A stretch of 64,000 nt of DNA. It comes from an uncultured Acidobacteriota bacterium. GTDB taxonomy: Bacteria; Acidobacteriota; UBA6911. Positions 9,228-20,996 of this stretch are shown in pieces. Where the stretch lies: contig CAWJKZ010000014.1 in the NCBI GenBank assembly GCA_963843575.1, positions 320,001-384,000 of the forward strand, in the 5' to 3' direction. Each line of letters starts with the position of its first letter. Position 1 is the first letter of the stretch. The notes beneath the pieces are model-generated. The model saw nothing but the letters and a program-made list of their open reading frames with translations, was not told the origin of the DNA and did no database searches. Position numbers and translations under genes: made by a program.

Positions 9228-12200
9228 CTAGCCGGATGATCCCCCGAATCTGTTGCGGAAGAGCTGGATCCACTCCTCCGCAACGGTGTATTCCACGCTG
9301 TGCAGATCGGCAGCGTCAAATCCCAGGCGACCCAGCTGGAGGTAGTGCTCCACAGACTCGTCCGAGGTGACCAGGCCCAGAGTCGGATTGATCCCCTCAA
9401 ACCGCGCGGTCAAGAGACTGGACAAGACGCAGCCGGTGATCTGCCGCGGTTCGTGCCGCAGCAGTTTCCTCAGCGCGGCGGGGGGCAGCAGCGATTCCCT
9501 GACTCGAGGCAGGTGCCTCAAAAGAGGAATCGGTTGCGGGGACCGGAGAACCCCTCCGTCCGTGAAGAGGACGTCGTGTTCATCCTCCAGCCGGCGGACT
9601 GCTTCGGGGACGCAATAGCAGTGGGGCGCCGAATCATCCACGATCATGGTGCCCGGATTCAGCTGGTGGACATCCAAGACTTCTGCAACATTGGTTGCCC
9701 CTATGATGAGTGTCGAGTCGTAAAACTCCGACGGCACCCGAGGATGGGAAACAACGCTCCGCATCGTGCCCTGGAAACCTGACTTCCCGACAATACTCTC
9801 GGCCTGCTTTGTGTTGGCGCTTCCATACAGGTCGCACAGCGTGATCTGCTCCGGATGTGGGAGACAGCGCAGCATGAGTGCCAGCGTCGCGCTGCCGATG
9901 GAGCCCAGCCCGAGGAAGCCGACGCGCTCCCGCCGAAGGTTCCGGTCCGCGAGCCGTGCGATCTTCTGGATGCTGAGTACGACCGCGCTCACGGTCGTTG
10001 CGTGACCCGTGGTGATGGCCGGCAGGCTGTTTCCGTTCGGCGATACGGTCGCGATCGCCCGCCCATAGTCCGTCGCGGAGGGGATCAGTCCGGTAAGGGA
10101 CACGGCACGCGCTCCGATGCGGCCGGCAAGTTCCAGCGCTTCGCGGACTGTTTCGACAAGGTCGGTTGGGTTGTCGTAGAGCTCGGAAGCGAAGCGGGGC
10201 ACCAGGACGATGCCGATCCGGCCCAACGAGGTCTCCAGGACAGCGGCGATCCCCGGCAGGTTGTCGTACCACTGGTCGACGATCTCTTCCCGGCTCAGGC
10301 TCGCCAGCCAGTCGTCGGGTAGATACCCGATGGCGGCCGCCTCAACTGCCGGAATCTTACCGGCTGCAAATAGAGAAAGCAGCGGACGGCGTTCGATGGT
10401 CAGAAACGAGGTGGGATTGTCCCAAACTGGCCTATGGGTGGGAGCTTGAATGGGCGGGGCCTTGCAGTCCGGGGCACCGGGAGCGTCCGCGGCGTCACCG
10501 ACCGAGAGTACTTCCGCCAGAGACGCGATGGTGGGGTGCGAGAGCAACAGCCGCGCCGGAAGTTTCCGGTTCAGGGCGGCAGACATCTTGGCAACTAGCT
10601 GCATCATGAGCAGCGAGTGCCCTCCCAGGTCGAAGAAGCTGTCGTCGACGCTCACCTTCTCCAGATCGAGCACCTCCCGCCAGATCCCCGACAGCAGCTC
10701 TTCCATCGCCCCGCGCGGCGTGATGTGCGGCTCTTGCGTCTCCTGCCGGGCGGAAAGGGCCGCCAGGGCAGACCGGTTCACCTTGCCATTCGAGGTAAGC
10801 GGGATCCGGGCCAGAAATTCGAACGTCGATGGGACCATGTAACCGGGCAACCGGTCCTGCAGGTAGCGGCGGAGGTCGCTCTGGCATGGCGCCTGTCCCG
10901 GTTGAGGGACCACGCACGCCACGAGACGTCTGTCTCCGGATTTGTGTTCCCGATCCACAACGACGGCGTCACGCAGCCGTGGGTGTTGCCGCAACAGCGC
11001 ATCGATCTCTCCCAGTTCGATGCGGAATCCGCGGATCTTCACCTGCTGGTCCCGACGGCCCAGGAATTCAATTGCCCCATCCGGCAGGTATCGTCCGAGG
11101 TCCCCGGTCCGGTACATCCTGGCGCCCACGGAGTCGGTGAAGGGATCGCAGACGAATCGCTCCGCTGTAAGTTCGGGCCGGTGGAGGTAGCCGCGAGTGA
11201 TCCCGGAACCCCCGATGTAGATCTCGCCCGGCACCCCGGTGGGCGCCGGCTGCATTTGCCCGTCGAGGATGTAAAGCCGTGTGTTGCTTATTGGTCGGCC
11301 TATCGTCTGTGCTCCCCCGGGGGTCCGCAGTGCGCAACTCGAATACGTCGTTGCCTCTGTCGGACCGTAGAGGTCGAAGACCCGCTCCGCGTGCGTCTCG
11401 TGGTAGAGCCGTCGCGCCACGGATTGCGACAGCACCTCGCCCCCGGAATTGATCGTCCGGACCGAAGAGGGCACCGCACCGACGTCGAGCAGATAGGCCA
11501 GCGCAGACGGGACCAGGTTTACCAGGGTGACGTCGTTCGCCGCCGGCAGCCACGGCAGCGACATGGCGTTCTCGGCAAGGATCGCCTTGCCTCCGCAACT
11601 CAGCGGAACGAAGATTTCAAAAACCGAGAGATCGAAGCAGATTGAGGTGGACGCGAGCACCCCCGCGAGTTCGGACGCGGAGAAGAATCGCTGTGCCCAC
11701 GTAATGAAAGCCACCGAGTTCCTGTGCTCGACGGCGACCCCCTTGGGTCTGCCCGTCGAGCCGGAAGTGTACAGGACATAGGCCAGGTTCCGTGCCGACA
11801 GCGGCCAGCCGGGATTCAGGCCGCTGCACACCCGGATGGCGTCGGCATCGGCGTCCAGGCAAACCAGCCGGGCAGTCAATTGCGGCAGAATCGGCGACAG
11901 CGTCTGCCTGCTCACCACGACCCTGGCGTTGGTGTCCCTCAACATGAAACTAAGCCGGTCCTGGGGATACGACGGATCCAGGGGCACGTACGCAGCCCCC
12001 GCCTTCAGGACCCCCAGCAACGCCACCACCATGTCGAACGAACGGTCCATGCAGACTGGCACCAGTTCGTCCGGTCCGACCGCCAGTTCCCGGAGGTGAT
12101 GCGCCAGACGGTTCGCGCGTTCGTTAAGCTCGCCGTAGGTCAGCCGGCGGTCCTCCAAGACCAGGGCATCCGCCTCGGGCGTCCGTTGCACCTGCGCCTC

Positions 12201-15200
12201 GAACAGCTGATGAACGCAGCAGTCCTGAGGGTATTCCGCCTTCGTGTCGTTCCATTCGACCAGCAGCCGAAGCCGTTCGTCCTCGGAAAGCAGCGGGAGT
12301 TCCATCACGCGCCGGGAGGAATCGGCCGCAATCCCTTCCAACAGCGGCGTCCAATGCCCAAGCATCCGCCGGATGGTTGCGGACCGGAAAATGTCCGTGT
12401 TGTATTCGATGGAAGTCTTCGCCGCTTCCTCCCCGGCAACCACGGAAAACGTCAGATCGAATTTCGCGGTGGGGTTGTCCGGCTCCAGCGTGCGGGTGTC
12501 GAGTCCTTCCAGACGGAGCGTTGCAGGCCCCTGCTGCAGCGCGAACATGACCTGAAAGACCGGCGCACGGCTCGGGTCCCTTTTCGGGTGGAGTTCCTGC
12601 ACCAGCCTCTCGAAAGGCAAGTCCTGGTGCGTGTAGGCCCCCAGCGTCGTCTCGCGCACGCGCCCGAGCAGGTCACGAAACGTGGGGTTCCCCGACAAAT
12701 CGGTTCTCAGCGCGAGGGTGTTGACGAAACACCCGATCAGTGTCTCCAGTTCGAGCCGATTTCGCCCCGCAATCGGCGAACCGACGACGACGTCTTCCTG
12801 CCCTGAATAGCGCAGCATCAGCACCTTGAAGGCGGCCAGCAAGGTCATGAACAGCGTTGTTCCTTCCCGCCGGCCAAGCTGCTCCAGCCCAACGACGAGT
12901 TCCTGGGCGAGCGGCGCGCATTCCCGGGCTCCGTGCTGGGTCTGCACGGCCGGGCGCGGGAAGTCCGACGGCAGTTCCAGCACGGCCGGAGCGTCCCTGA
13001 GCCGCTGTGTCCAGTACTCCAGGTGCCGGCCCAACCGCGCACCCTGCAGGCAGGACTGCTGCCAGACCGTGTAATCGGCATATTGCACTGCCAGTTCCGG
13101 CAACGGCGATCCCTCGCCGCGCCGGAACGCGCCGTAGAGCGCGGCCAGCTCGTCGAATAGAATCCCCATCGACCAACCGTCGGCCGCGATGTGGTGAACC
13201 GTGACGGCCAGCACATGCTCGCGGTCGGCGAGGCGGATCAGCGCCGAGCGCAGCATCAGGTCGCGCGACAAGTCAAAGGGGCGTTGACCGACTTCGGCCA
13301 GGACGGTTTGCAGTTCGATTTCCCGGGCGGCTGGCGGGAGCGTGCTCAGCTCGATCAATGGCAGGGTCACAGGCCTCGCGGGCGATATCTGCTGCACCGG
13401 GCTGGGGGTCATCACGAAACGAGTGCGCAACGCCTCGTGTCGGCGGACAACTTCGTCCAGCGAGCGCTGCAAGCTCGGTATGTCCAACAAGCCGGTGAGC
13501 CGTGCGGCATAGGGTATGTTGTAGGTCGAACTGTTGCGTTCCAACTGGTCCAGAAACCACAACCGCTGCTGCGCGTACGAGAGTGGGAGTTCTGCCCGCC
13601 GAGACGCCGTCTTTATCTGCGGGTCCGGAACCACATCCCCTGGCGCCTCGGATTCGATGTGCCTCGCAAGGTCGGCGATGGTCGGGGACTCGAGGAAGGC
13701 GCGCATCGGAACCTCTACGCCAAGCGCCTTGCGAATCCGGGAGATCACCCGGGTCGCCCGCAGGGAATGCCCTCCGGAATCGAAGAAGCTGTCGTGGATC
13801 CCTACGTGTCCAATCCCCAAGACCTCGCGCCAGATCCCGGCCAGCAGTTCCTCGAGCGCCGTTTGCGCCGGGGTATGAGTCTTGTCGGCTGCCGGCGCCT
13901 GCACCGCGAAGGACCGCAGGGCTCGGGAATCCACCTTTCCGTTCGACGTCAGCGGTATGCGTGTCAACCACACGAAGGAGGCCGGCAGCATGTAAGCCGG
14001 AAGTCTTTCTTGCAGCCAACGGAGGATTTCTTCCGCGGAGACGCTCCCCGGATGGTGCGCCACCACGTAGGCCACGAGGGTCTTTTCGTCGGATCCGGCG
14101 TCGTCGGCCATGACGACGGCATCCCGCAGTCCCGGGTGCCGGCGGAGAATCGATTCGATCTCGCCCGGCTCGACCCGGAATCCGCGAATCTTCACCTGCC
14201 CGTCCAGCCTTCCCAGGAAAGTGAGGGTTCCGTCGGGGAGACGCCGCACCAGGTCGCCGGTCCGGTAGAGCCGCGCCCCGGGTTCCGCGCTGAAGGGGTT
14301 CGGGAGGAATTTCTCCGCCGTCAATCCCGGCCTTTTCCAGTAGCCTCTGGCCAGACCGTCACCCGCGACAAACAACTCGCCGGCGACGCCGACGGGCACG
14401 GGTTGAAGCTCGCCATCCAGCACGAAAGCCTGGGTGTTTGCTATTGGCCGGCCGATCGGGACCGACGGGCCCACCTCGTCCGGGTTGCGCAGCGCATGAC
14501 AGCAGCTGAAGGTCGTGTTCTCCGTCGGCCCATAACCGTTGATCAGCGTGCACCTGCTCAGAGCCCGCAGCGCCTTGCGCACGTGCGCGGCCGGCAGCAC
14601 GTCCCCACCCACCAGAAGCTGCCGGACCCCTCGAAGGTGGTCCGTATGGCAGTCCACGATCTCGCGGAAAAGTCCGGCCGTCAGCCACAGGACAGTGACC
14701 TCGTGCTGCTGCAGCGCCCGACCCAGATCGGCAAAAGCCGGCAGACCCGGTGGGGCAACCACCAGCCTGCCCCCGTTCAGGAGGCAGCCCCAGATTTCAA
14801 ACGTGGCGGCATCGAAGAAAATCGGGGCGAGTTGCAGGAATACGTCGTCCGGGTGAAAATGGACATAGTCGGTCCCCTTCACCAGGCGCACGACACCCCT
14901 GTGGGGAACACTCACGCCCTTTGCTGTCCCGGTCGAGCCCGACGTGTACATCACATAGGCGAGGTGCTCCGGCCTGGTGGTGTTCTGAGGATTTTCCCGA
15001 TATTCCTGTTCTATGAAGTCCGACAGGGAGTCTATGAGGATCACGGTCCTCCGTGCCTCCCGGCAGGGCCCCGAGAGTCGGGGAGTGCGCCAGCAAAACT
15101 TGCACGCCGCAGTCCTGCAGCATGAATTCCAGCCGTTCCTTCGGGCTGGCGGGATCGAGCGGTAGGTAGGCACCGCCTGCCTTCAGGATACCGAGCATTC

Positions 15201-16800
15201 CCACCAGCATCTCCACCGAGCGCTCCGCGCACAGCCCGACCAGCGTGTCCGGGCGCACGCCCAATCTGCGCAGATAACGAGCCAACTGGTTGGCCCGCGC
15301 GTTCAACTCCGCGTATGTCACGGTACTGCCCGAAAACACGACCGCGGCGGCATCAGGGGTGCGCATGGCCTGCTCTTCGAAGACCTGATGCACGCACCGG
15401 TCGCGTGGGTACTCACGCTTGGTGTCGTTCCAACGAGCCGCAGCGCGCGCACGTTCGGCGTCGCTCAGCAAGGACAGCCGTGCCAGGGGCCGGTTCAAAT
15501 CACCGGCCATTTCGGCGTGCAGGGTGCGGAGGTGCGCGACCATTCCGGCAATGAAACCGCGTTCGTACAGGCGGTCGTCAAAATCGACCGCCAACAGGAT
15601 TTCGTCGTCGTCGTACCCGGTGATGACCAGAGGATAGTTGGTCCGGGCCCGCAACTGGAACGTGCGATGCGGCCACTGCCCTCCTCGTTTTCGGAGCTGG
15701 GAGTTGATCTCGTAGCTTTCGAATGAGAGCAGGCTGTCGAAGAGGGAAACGCCGGCCTGGATGCCTCTCCAGCCCTGGATAGCGCTCAAGGGCACGTGCT
15801 CGTGCGGCCGCATTGCTGTCCACTGAGCCCTCAATCCCTGCAGCCAAGGGAGAATCCGGGCCTCGGGATCGACATCGACCGGCATCGGGAGGGTGTTGAT
15901 CAGAAGCCCCACGGCCTGCTCGGCCGACCCCGGTCCGGAATGCCGGCCGGAACGGGTCGCTCCGAAGACAACCTTCCTTTGGCCGCTGTAGCGGCTCAAC
16001 AGAATGGCCCAGGCACCCTGAAAAAGCGTGTTCAGGGTGAGACCGTGCTCGGCCGCCACCGAGCGGAGTCGCGAGCTGAGCGATCTCGAAAGGCGAGTGC
16101 TTTCCTGCGCGGCCGCTTGCATACGCACGGAGCACGAATATCGGTGCAAGACACCGGTCGCCGGCAACCCCGTCTTTTCATACCCCGCAAGTAGTCCGCG
16201 CCAGAACGCGGCCGACCGGTCTATGTCCTGCGCACGCAGCCACTCCAGATGTACCCCGAAGGGTACGGCGTCAGGGAGCGGGGCGCACCGCCCGGCGCAC
16301 AGTGCGTCATAAATCGTGAAGAGTTCCTGCAGCAGAATCAGTCGCGAGCGCCCGTCCAGCAATGCGTGGTGGGACGTCCAGATCAGTTGATGGTGGTCTT
16401 CGGCGAGAGACAACAGCGTGAGGCGAAAGAGCGGCGCCGTGGCAAGTTCAAAGCCGAGGCGGCGGTCTACCTCGAGAAACGCCTCTAGCTCGGATTCCTG
16501 CTCGGTGGAGGAACGGTCGTACCAGTCCCGTGATTCCCAGGGGATCGCGACCGTTGGGTGCACGATCTGAAGCGGGATGTCCAAGTTTTCCCAGGCGAAG
16601 CTGGTCCGCAGAACACAATGCCGCTCGGTCAACTGCGACCACGCGCGCTTGAGCGCGGGCACGGAGAGCGTCTCGCGCAGATCGCAGATGAACTGCTGGA
16701 GGTAAATCCCTTGTTGCGGAGCCGCCAGGGTGTGGAAGAGCATTCCCTGTTGCATGGCGGTAAGCGGATAGGCGTTCCGCGGTTTGTCTTCGTGCTCCAT
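9228..16800 (-). CDS. Bimodular NRPS C-A-T-C-A-T with a C-terminal acyl-ACP-reductase-like domain; one frameshift near 15070-15100
   Basis: ORFs 14797-16881 and 9228-15173 join within A1. C motifs HHALLDG and HHIAADG; two YTSGSTG A domains; PCPs FFDSGGHSL and FFDLGGHSL; C-terminal Rossmann motif GFLGLGSIG. Confidence 0.92.
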
Positions 16801-17136
16801 CGACCGACCTCGAGACGGAAAACGATACTCGGTCGCCGCCGCCGTGAAGCGGACGCAAAACCGTCTTAGGCTTCCCTCCAAACCCGCTGGGGATCATCTA
16901 TCGTATCGAGGGAAATGGCCGTCGACATTATTCTTATCCGGGCACTCCCCTTCCCTCCCGTCGGGGAGACGGGACGCCTCGGATGGGCCATTGCAGCTGG
17001 CGGGGCGGTTGGCGGGATCCGGGGCTGACATCAAATGCGGACGCGATTCACGCCTGACGCACGTGTGCGCCAGGCCATCTCCCCCGGCCCGCTGAATATC
17101 GATGCGACCGCGAACTCCACAGTGCACGGTCCTGGG

Positions 17137-17176
17137 CGTCGGGGGCGAGTCGAACCCGCCCCCGACGGTGTTTTTT
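17137..17176. terminator. GC-rich hairpin with T-tract (rho-independent terminator-like) next to the SBBP gene stop
   Basis: CGTCGGGGGCGAGT-CGA-ACCCGCCCCCGACG followed by GTGTTTTTT. The T-tract is on the + strand although the flanking genes are on -. Confidence 0.55.
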
Positions 17177-17179
17177 CAG

Positions 17180-20100
17180 CTAGGGCGACGTGAACAGCCA
17201 CGCCCCGGCGATCTGCCAGTTCAGATCCTCGATCTTCATGATCCATTCGCCGCTGCCGCGGACGGTGCCGTTCATGAGCCAGACGTAGTTCTCACCCGTC
17301 GCAGAGTTCCGCCAGAGGATGTCCGGCTTCCCGTCGCAGTTGAAATCCGCAACCCCGCCGATCTTCCAATTCAGGTCTGGAACCTTCAGGAGCCAGGCGC
17401 CTCCGGTCCGGTTCGGCCCGTTCATGAACCACACGTAGTCTTCTCCGGTTGAGGAGTTTCGCCACACCAGGTCCGGGAGATTGTCCGCGTTGAAATCTCC
17501 CACTCCCACGACCTTCCAGTTCAGGTCGGGCAGGGACTGGACCCACGCTCCTCCGACCCGCGCCGTACCGTTCATGAACCAGATGTAATTCTCACCCGTG
17601 GAGGAATGCCGCCACAGGATGTCCGCCTTCCCGTCCCCGCTGAAGTCGGCCACGCCTGCGATCTTCCAGTTCAGGTCCGCTACCTTGAGGATCCACGCAC
17701 CGTTGATGCGCTTTTCCCCGTCCATGAACCAGACATAGTTGTCCCCCGTCGCGGAGTTGCGCCACAGGATGTCCGTCCTGCCATCGGCGTTGAAATCCGC
17801 GGCCCCTCCGATCTTCCAGTTCTGGTCCGCTATCGTCAGGACCCAGGCACCGTCTCGCCGCGTGCTTCCGTCCATCAGCCAAAGGTAGTTCTGGCCGGTG
17901 GCTTGGTTGCGCCACAAGATGCGTGCTTCGCATTGATAGAGGCAGATCAGCTTTCCGAATTTCGCCACGAACGCGTCCGTCATCCCGTTGTAGGTGATGT
18001 CGTAGGCGCTCGGTACGGTATACCCCTGGGGTGGGACCGGCAGTACGGGGAACATTTTGTACGTTTGTGGCGGCTGGGTCCGAACCGGGCTGACCCCCAC
18101 GGTGCCGGACAAGGTCATGCCCGAGAGATAAACGTTGTTGTGGACGTTGTCCAGGGCGATGGCGAAGGCGCTGTCGAGCTTGTCCGGGACATACTCGGGC
18201 AGGGAGCTTGCAGAGGTGTCGCTCTTCTCGAGACCGACGAAGGTGGAGAAGAACAGGTCGGCGAGGTCGTCCGAAAACATCGACAGGATGGCGTCCGTCG
18301 CCCCGTTATAGGTTCGGTCCGGGGCCCCGGGCGTCGTGGGAAAGGCCAGCGGGTCCGCGGGGAGGCGCGAGGATGAACTCTCCCCCGCCACGTAGACATT
18401 CCCGCACCAGTCGAGATCGATCGACCATGCCGCCTCGTATCCGTCTCCGCCCAGATACGTAGAGGCTGGAAGTGTCTTGAGGTCCGGCGCGAATTTGGCC
18501 ACAAATGCATCCTGGTTCATATTTCCCGCGAGTCCGGTCTGAAAAGCGCCCGGAGTCGTCGGGAAATCTGACGACATGGTGTATCCACTGACGTACACGT
18601 AGCCGGCATTGGAGACTGAGAGGCCCCAGGCCGCTTCATCGAACGTTCCCCCCAGGAAGGTCGAGGCGACGAGGCTGGTGAGGCCGGCGTTAAACCGCGA
18701 AACGAAAGCGTCGCCTTCCCCGTTCGTCGTGCCGCCGTTGAAGTCCGTGTCGTACGCGTAGGCCGTGGTCGGAAAATCGCCGGGATTGGCCGGCCTGGTC
18801 TCGCCCGCCACATACACGAGGTCGGTGTACTCATTGCTGACCATGGTCCTCTTGACGAAGATGGCCCGGGCCCTGTGGCGGCCCCCGAATCCCAGATAGG
18901 TCGAAGCGAGCAGCTTGGTCAGGCCGCCGTCGAGCTTCGACACGAAGGCCGAGTCCGAGTTCACCGCGCTCGAAGCGAAGGCGGCGCCGGGCGTGGTCGG
19001 AAAGCCATACCCATCGAACCACCCGGCGACATACACATCGGCCTGCGGCGTGACGTGTATGGAGCAAGCTTCGTCGTGGGAGTCGCCGCCGAGCAGGGTG
19101 GATGCGACCAGCTGCTTCAGGTCGGAGTCGAACTTCACGACGAAGGCGTCGTGCAGGAAGTACTCGTGCAATTCCACGCCGGGGGGGATGTCGCTGGCCA
19201 GAATCCGGTCATAAGCCCCCGAAGTGGTCGGGAAATCCTCGGACCCCGTGATGCCGGTCGCATAAACGAAATCCTGGCCGGTCGTCGAATCGTGATAGAG
19301 AAACAGGTCGTTGATGTAATCGACTCCGGTGCCGCCGAGCAGCGTGGAGCCAAGGAGTTGCGTGAGATCGCTGGTGAACTTGGAGACGAAGGCGTCCGGC
19401 CTGGAGTTGCCCGCGTAGCTTGAATCGTAGGCGCCCAACGTCTTGGGGAAGTTCGTCGAGTACGTGTAGCCGGCTACGTAGACCAGGCCTTTACCGTCGA
19501 CGCCGACGGTGTATGCCGCCTCGTCGTCACTCCCCCCAAGGAAGGTCGCGGCCAGCAGCGGATCGATGACCAGCTCCGCGCCGCGATCATATTTCCCCAC
19601 CCGGAACCCATAACGGTCCCCGTCGACGACGTACGCGACTTCGAGGTCGCGGCGGACGCCGTCGATAACCTGGTAGGCGACGGGTTGTGTAAACCTGACC
19701 GCCCCGAGCCCGGTCTGGATCTCCAGCTCACCGTCTTTGTTGCTGCCGAGGCCGCTGGCCCCGTCGATTCTGACCCGGACAAGCCCGGGATCCCCGCCCG
19801 GCTGGACGCGGAAGATCTTCTCCACGGTGCCGCCACGCGCCCGCAAGTCCAACTGGATGCCTTGGTACAGCTCGCCGAACGAGACGACGTTGTAGGTCGG
19901 TATGTCTCTCCTCCATTGCGACGGAGCCGTGTGCCGGAAGTAATTCACCCGGGCGCGGGTCTGCTCTTCACCGCGGAGGCCTACCGGGAGAGATCCCACA
20001 AAGGTCTCCTTCAATGCCCAGCCCTGGAATCCGTCGCCGCGCTTTGACAGGAAGCGCGAACGGTTCCCGGTGTGGACCGGTGCCGCGGTCTTGTCCGCCG

Positions 20101-20383
20101 GTGCGGCAACCTTGTCCGCGGGCGCCGCTTTGAGGAACGAATAAACAATCTCCGCGCGCTCCGTGACGAAAACCGAACCGGCGAGACCCCGGGCGAAGTA
20201 CCTGACAGGCGGTGCCACTTGGCCGCGGTTCTCCTCAAAGAGTGTCGCTCCCGAAGCAAGGGGGGGCGTGGAAAAGGGCGGGCGCCTGACTGCGGTCGCC
20301 GCGGGTCCGAGGGAGAAGCAGAGGACCAGCAAGATGCTGAGCAGGATTGCCTGGCTGATTGGGATTGCCCTGCGCTTTGTCAT
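17180..20383 (-). CDS. Secreted SBBP (beta-propeller) repeat protein with C-terminal FG-GAP/VCBS repeats
   Basis: GGAGG RBS; signal peptide; FEENRGQ and LVIDPLL motifs; repeated TxLGGxxxD...VYVAGxTxSxDFPTTxGA...DAFVxKF; C-terminal DFNxDGxxDILWRN repeats. Confidence 0.88.
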   Translation of the reverse strand: MTKRRAIPISQAILLSILLVLCFSLGPAATAVRRPPFSTPPLASGATLFEENRGQVAPPVRYFARGLAGSVFVTERAEIVYSFLKAAPADKVAAPADKTAAPVHTGNRSRFLSKRGDGFQGWALKETFVGSLPVGLRGEEQTRARVNYFRHTAPSQWRRDIPTYNVVSFGELYQGIQLDLRARGGTVEKIFRVQPGGDPGLVRVRIDGASGLGSNKDGELEIQTGLGAVRFTQPVAYQVIDGVRRDLEVAYVVDGDRYGFRVGKYDRGAELVIDPLLAATFLGGSDDEAAYTVGVDGKGLVYVAGYTYSTNFPKTLGAYDSSYAGNSRPDAFVSKFTSDLTQLLGSTLLGGTGVDYINDLFLYHDSTTGQDFVYATGITGSEDFPTTSGAYDRILASDIPPGVELHEYFLHDAFVVKFDSDLKQLVASTLLGGDSHDEACSIHVTPQADVYVAGWFDGYGFPTTPGAAFASSAVNSDSAFVSKLDGGLTKLLASTYLGFGGRHRARAIFVKRTMVSNEYTDLVYVAGETRPANPGDFPTTAYAYDTDFNGGTTNGEGDAFVSRFNAGLTSLVASTFLGGTFDEAAWGLSVSNAGYVYVSGYTMSSDFPTTPGAFQTGLAGNMNQDAFVAKFAPDLKTLPASTYLGGDGYEAAWSIDLDWCGNVYVAGESSSSRLPADPLAFPTTPGAPDRTYNGATDAILSMFSDDLADLFFSTFVGLEKSDTSASSLPEYVPDKLDSAFAIALDNVHNNVYLSGMTLSGTVGVSPVRTQPPQTYKMFPVLPVPPQGYTVPSAYDITYNGMTDAFVAKFGKLICLYQCEARILWRNQATGQNYLWLMDGSTRRDGAWVLTIADQNWKIGGAADFNADGRTDILWRNSATGDNYVWFMDGEKRINGAWILKVADLNWKIAGVADFSGDGKADILWRHSSTGENYIWFMNGTARVGGAWVQSLPDLNWKVVGVGDFNADNLPDLVWRNSSTGEDYVWFMNGPNRTGGAWLLKVPDLNWKIGGVADFNCDGKPDILWRNSATGENYVWLMNGTVRGSGEWIMKIEDLNWQIAGAWLFTSP
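17195..17920 (-). repeat. About five tandem 150-nt (50 aa) FG-GAP-like coding repeats
   Basis: ATCTTCCAGT-like anchor recurs at 17211, 17361, 17511, 17661 and 17811 (exact 150-nt period). Confidence 0.9.
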
Positions 20384-20996
20384 TGGGATTATCCTCCGAC
20401 CTTTGAAGAACCACCTGCGTGATCGGTGCTTGCAGTCCGATTCGTCGGACAAGTTCGGCACCCGGCCAGGCCCCGCAGTCCGGGGTCCAGTTCTGGTGGG
20501 TGGTATGCGACTTTTGCGGGAGTGCGGGTCTGATCGAGGTCCTGCCGGCGCGGAAACTTGCTGGGATCAAACGCCCATCGACCGGGGTCTGCGGACAGAC
20601 GCCCTCCGGCGACGGGATACGCTGCAACGACACCCGAACTGGCCGTCCCACACAGTTCCTAGCCATGGTCGTGCCCCGGCTGGGATTCGATCACTGAACG
20701 TTTCAAAGATCCTAAGTCCAAACGATGCGGGCGGGCAATGAAATAATCTTAGAGAGAACTAAGCTACCCGTACTTCTGCCGAGTTACCTCCTAACAAGCT
20801 TGTAGAGACTTCTAAACCGGAATCGGATCTGTCGATTCATCGGCTGAATTGATCGGTGTCGCCTCGCGCACCGGTCGGAGGAGGCGGACGGGCCAGTGTG
20901 AATCTTGGGGCCGTGCCAAACGACAGGCAGCCCGCCTGCAGGCAGAGCGGCCTACAAGTGCCGGACCGAGGACCAACGACACAAGGAGAGATCGGT

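Noticed and set aside
16817-16880. GGAAAA...GGACGCAAAACC resembling a c-di-GMP-I riboswitch core
   Set aside because: It is antisense to the NRPS, and the P2/P3 stems and GNRA loop cannot be built convincingly.
17137-17170. Minus-strand GGTTCGACTC...CCA resembling a tRNA 3' half (possible att site)
   Set aside because: It forms one long hairpin with no acceptor or anticodon arms and does not match either tRNA in the window; a terminator fits better.
17195-17920. Regular repeats as a possible CRISPR array
   Set aside because: The period is 150 nt and in frame, with whole-unit similarity and no unique spacers; there are no cas genes.
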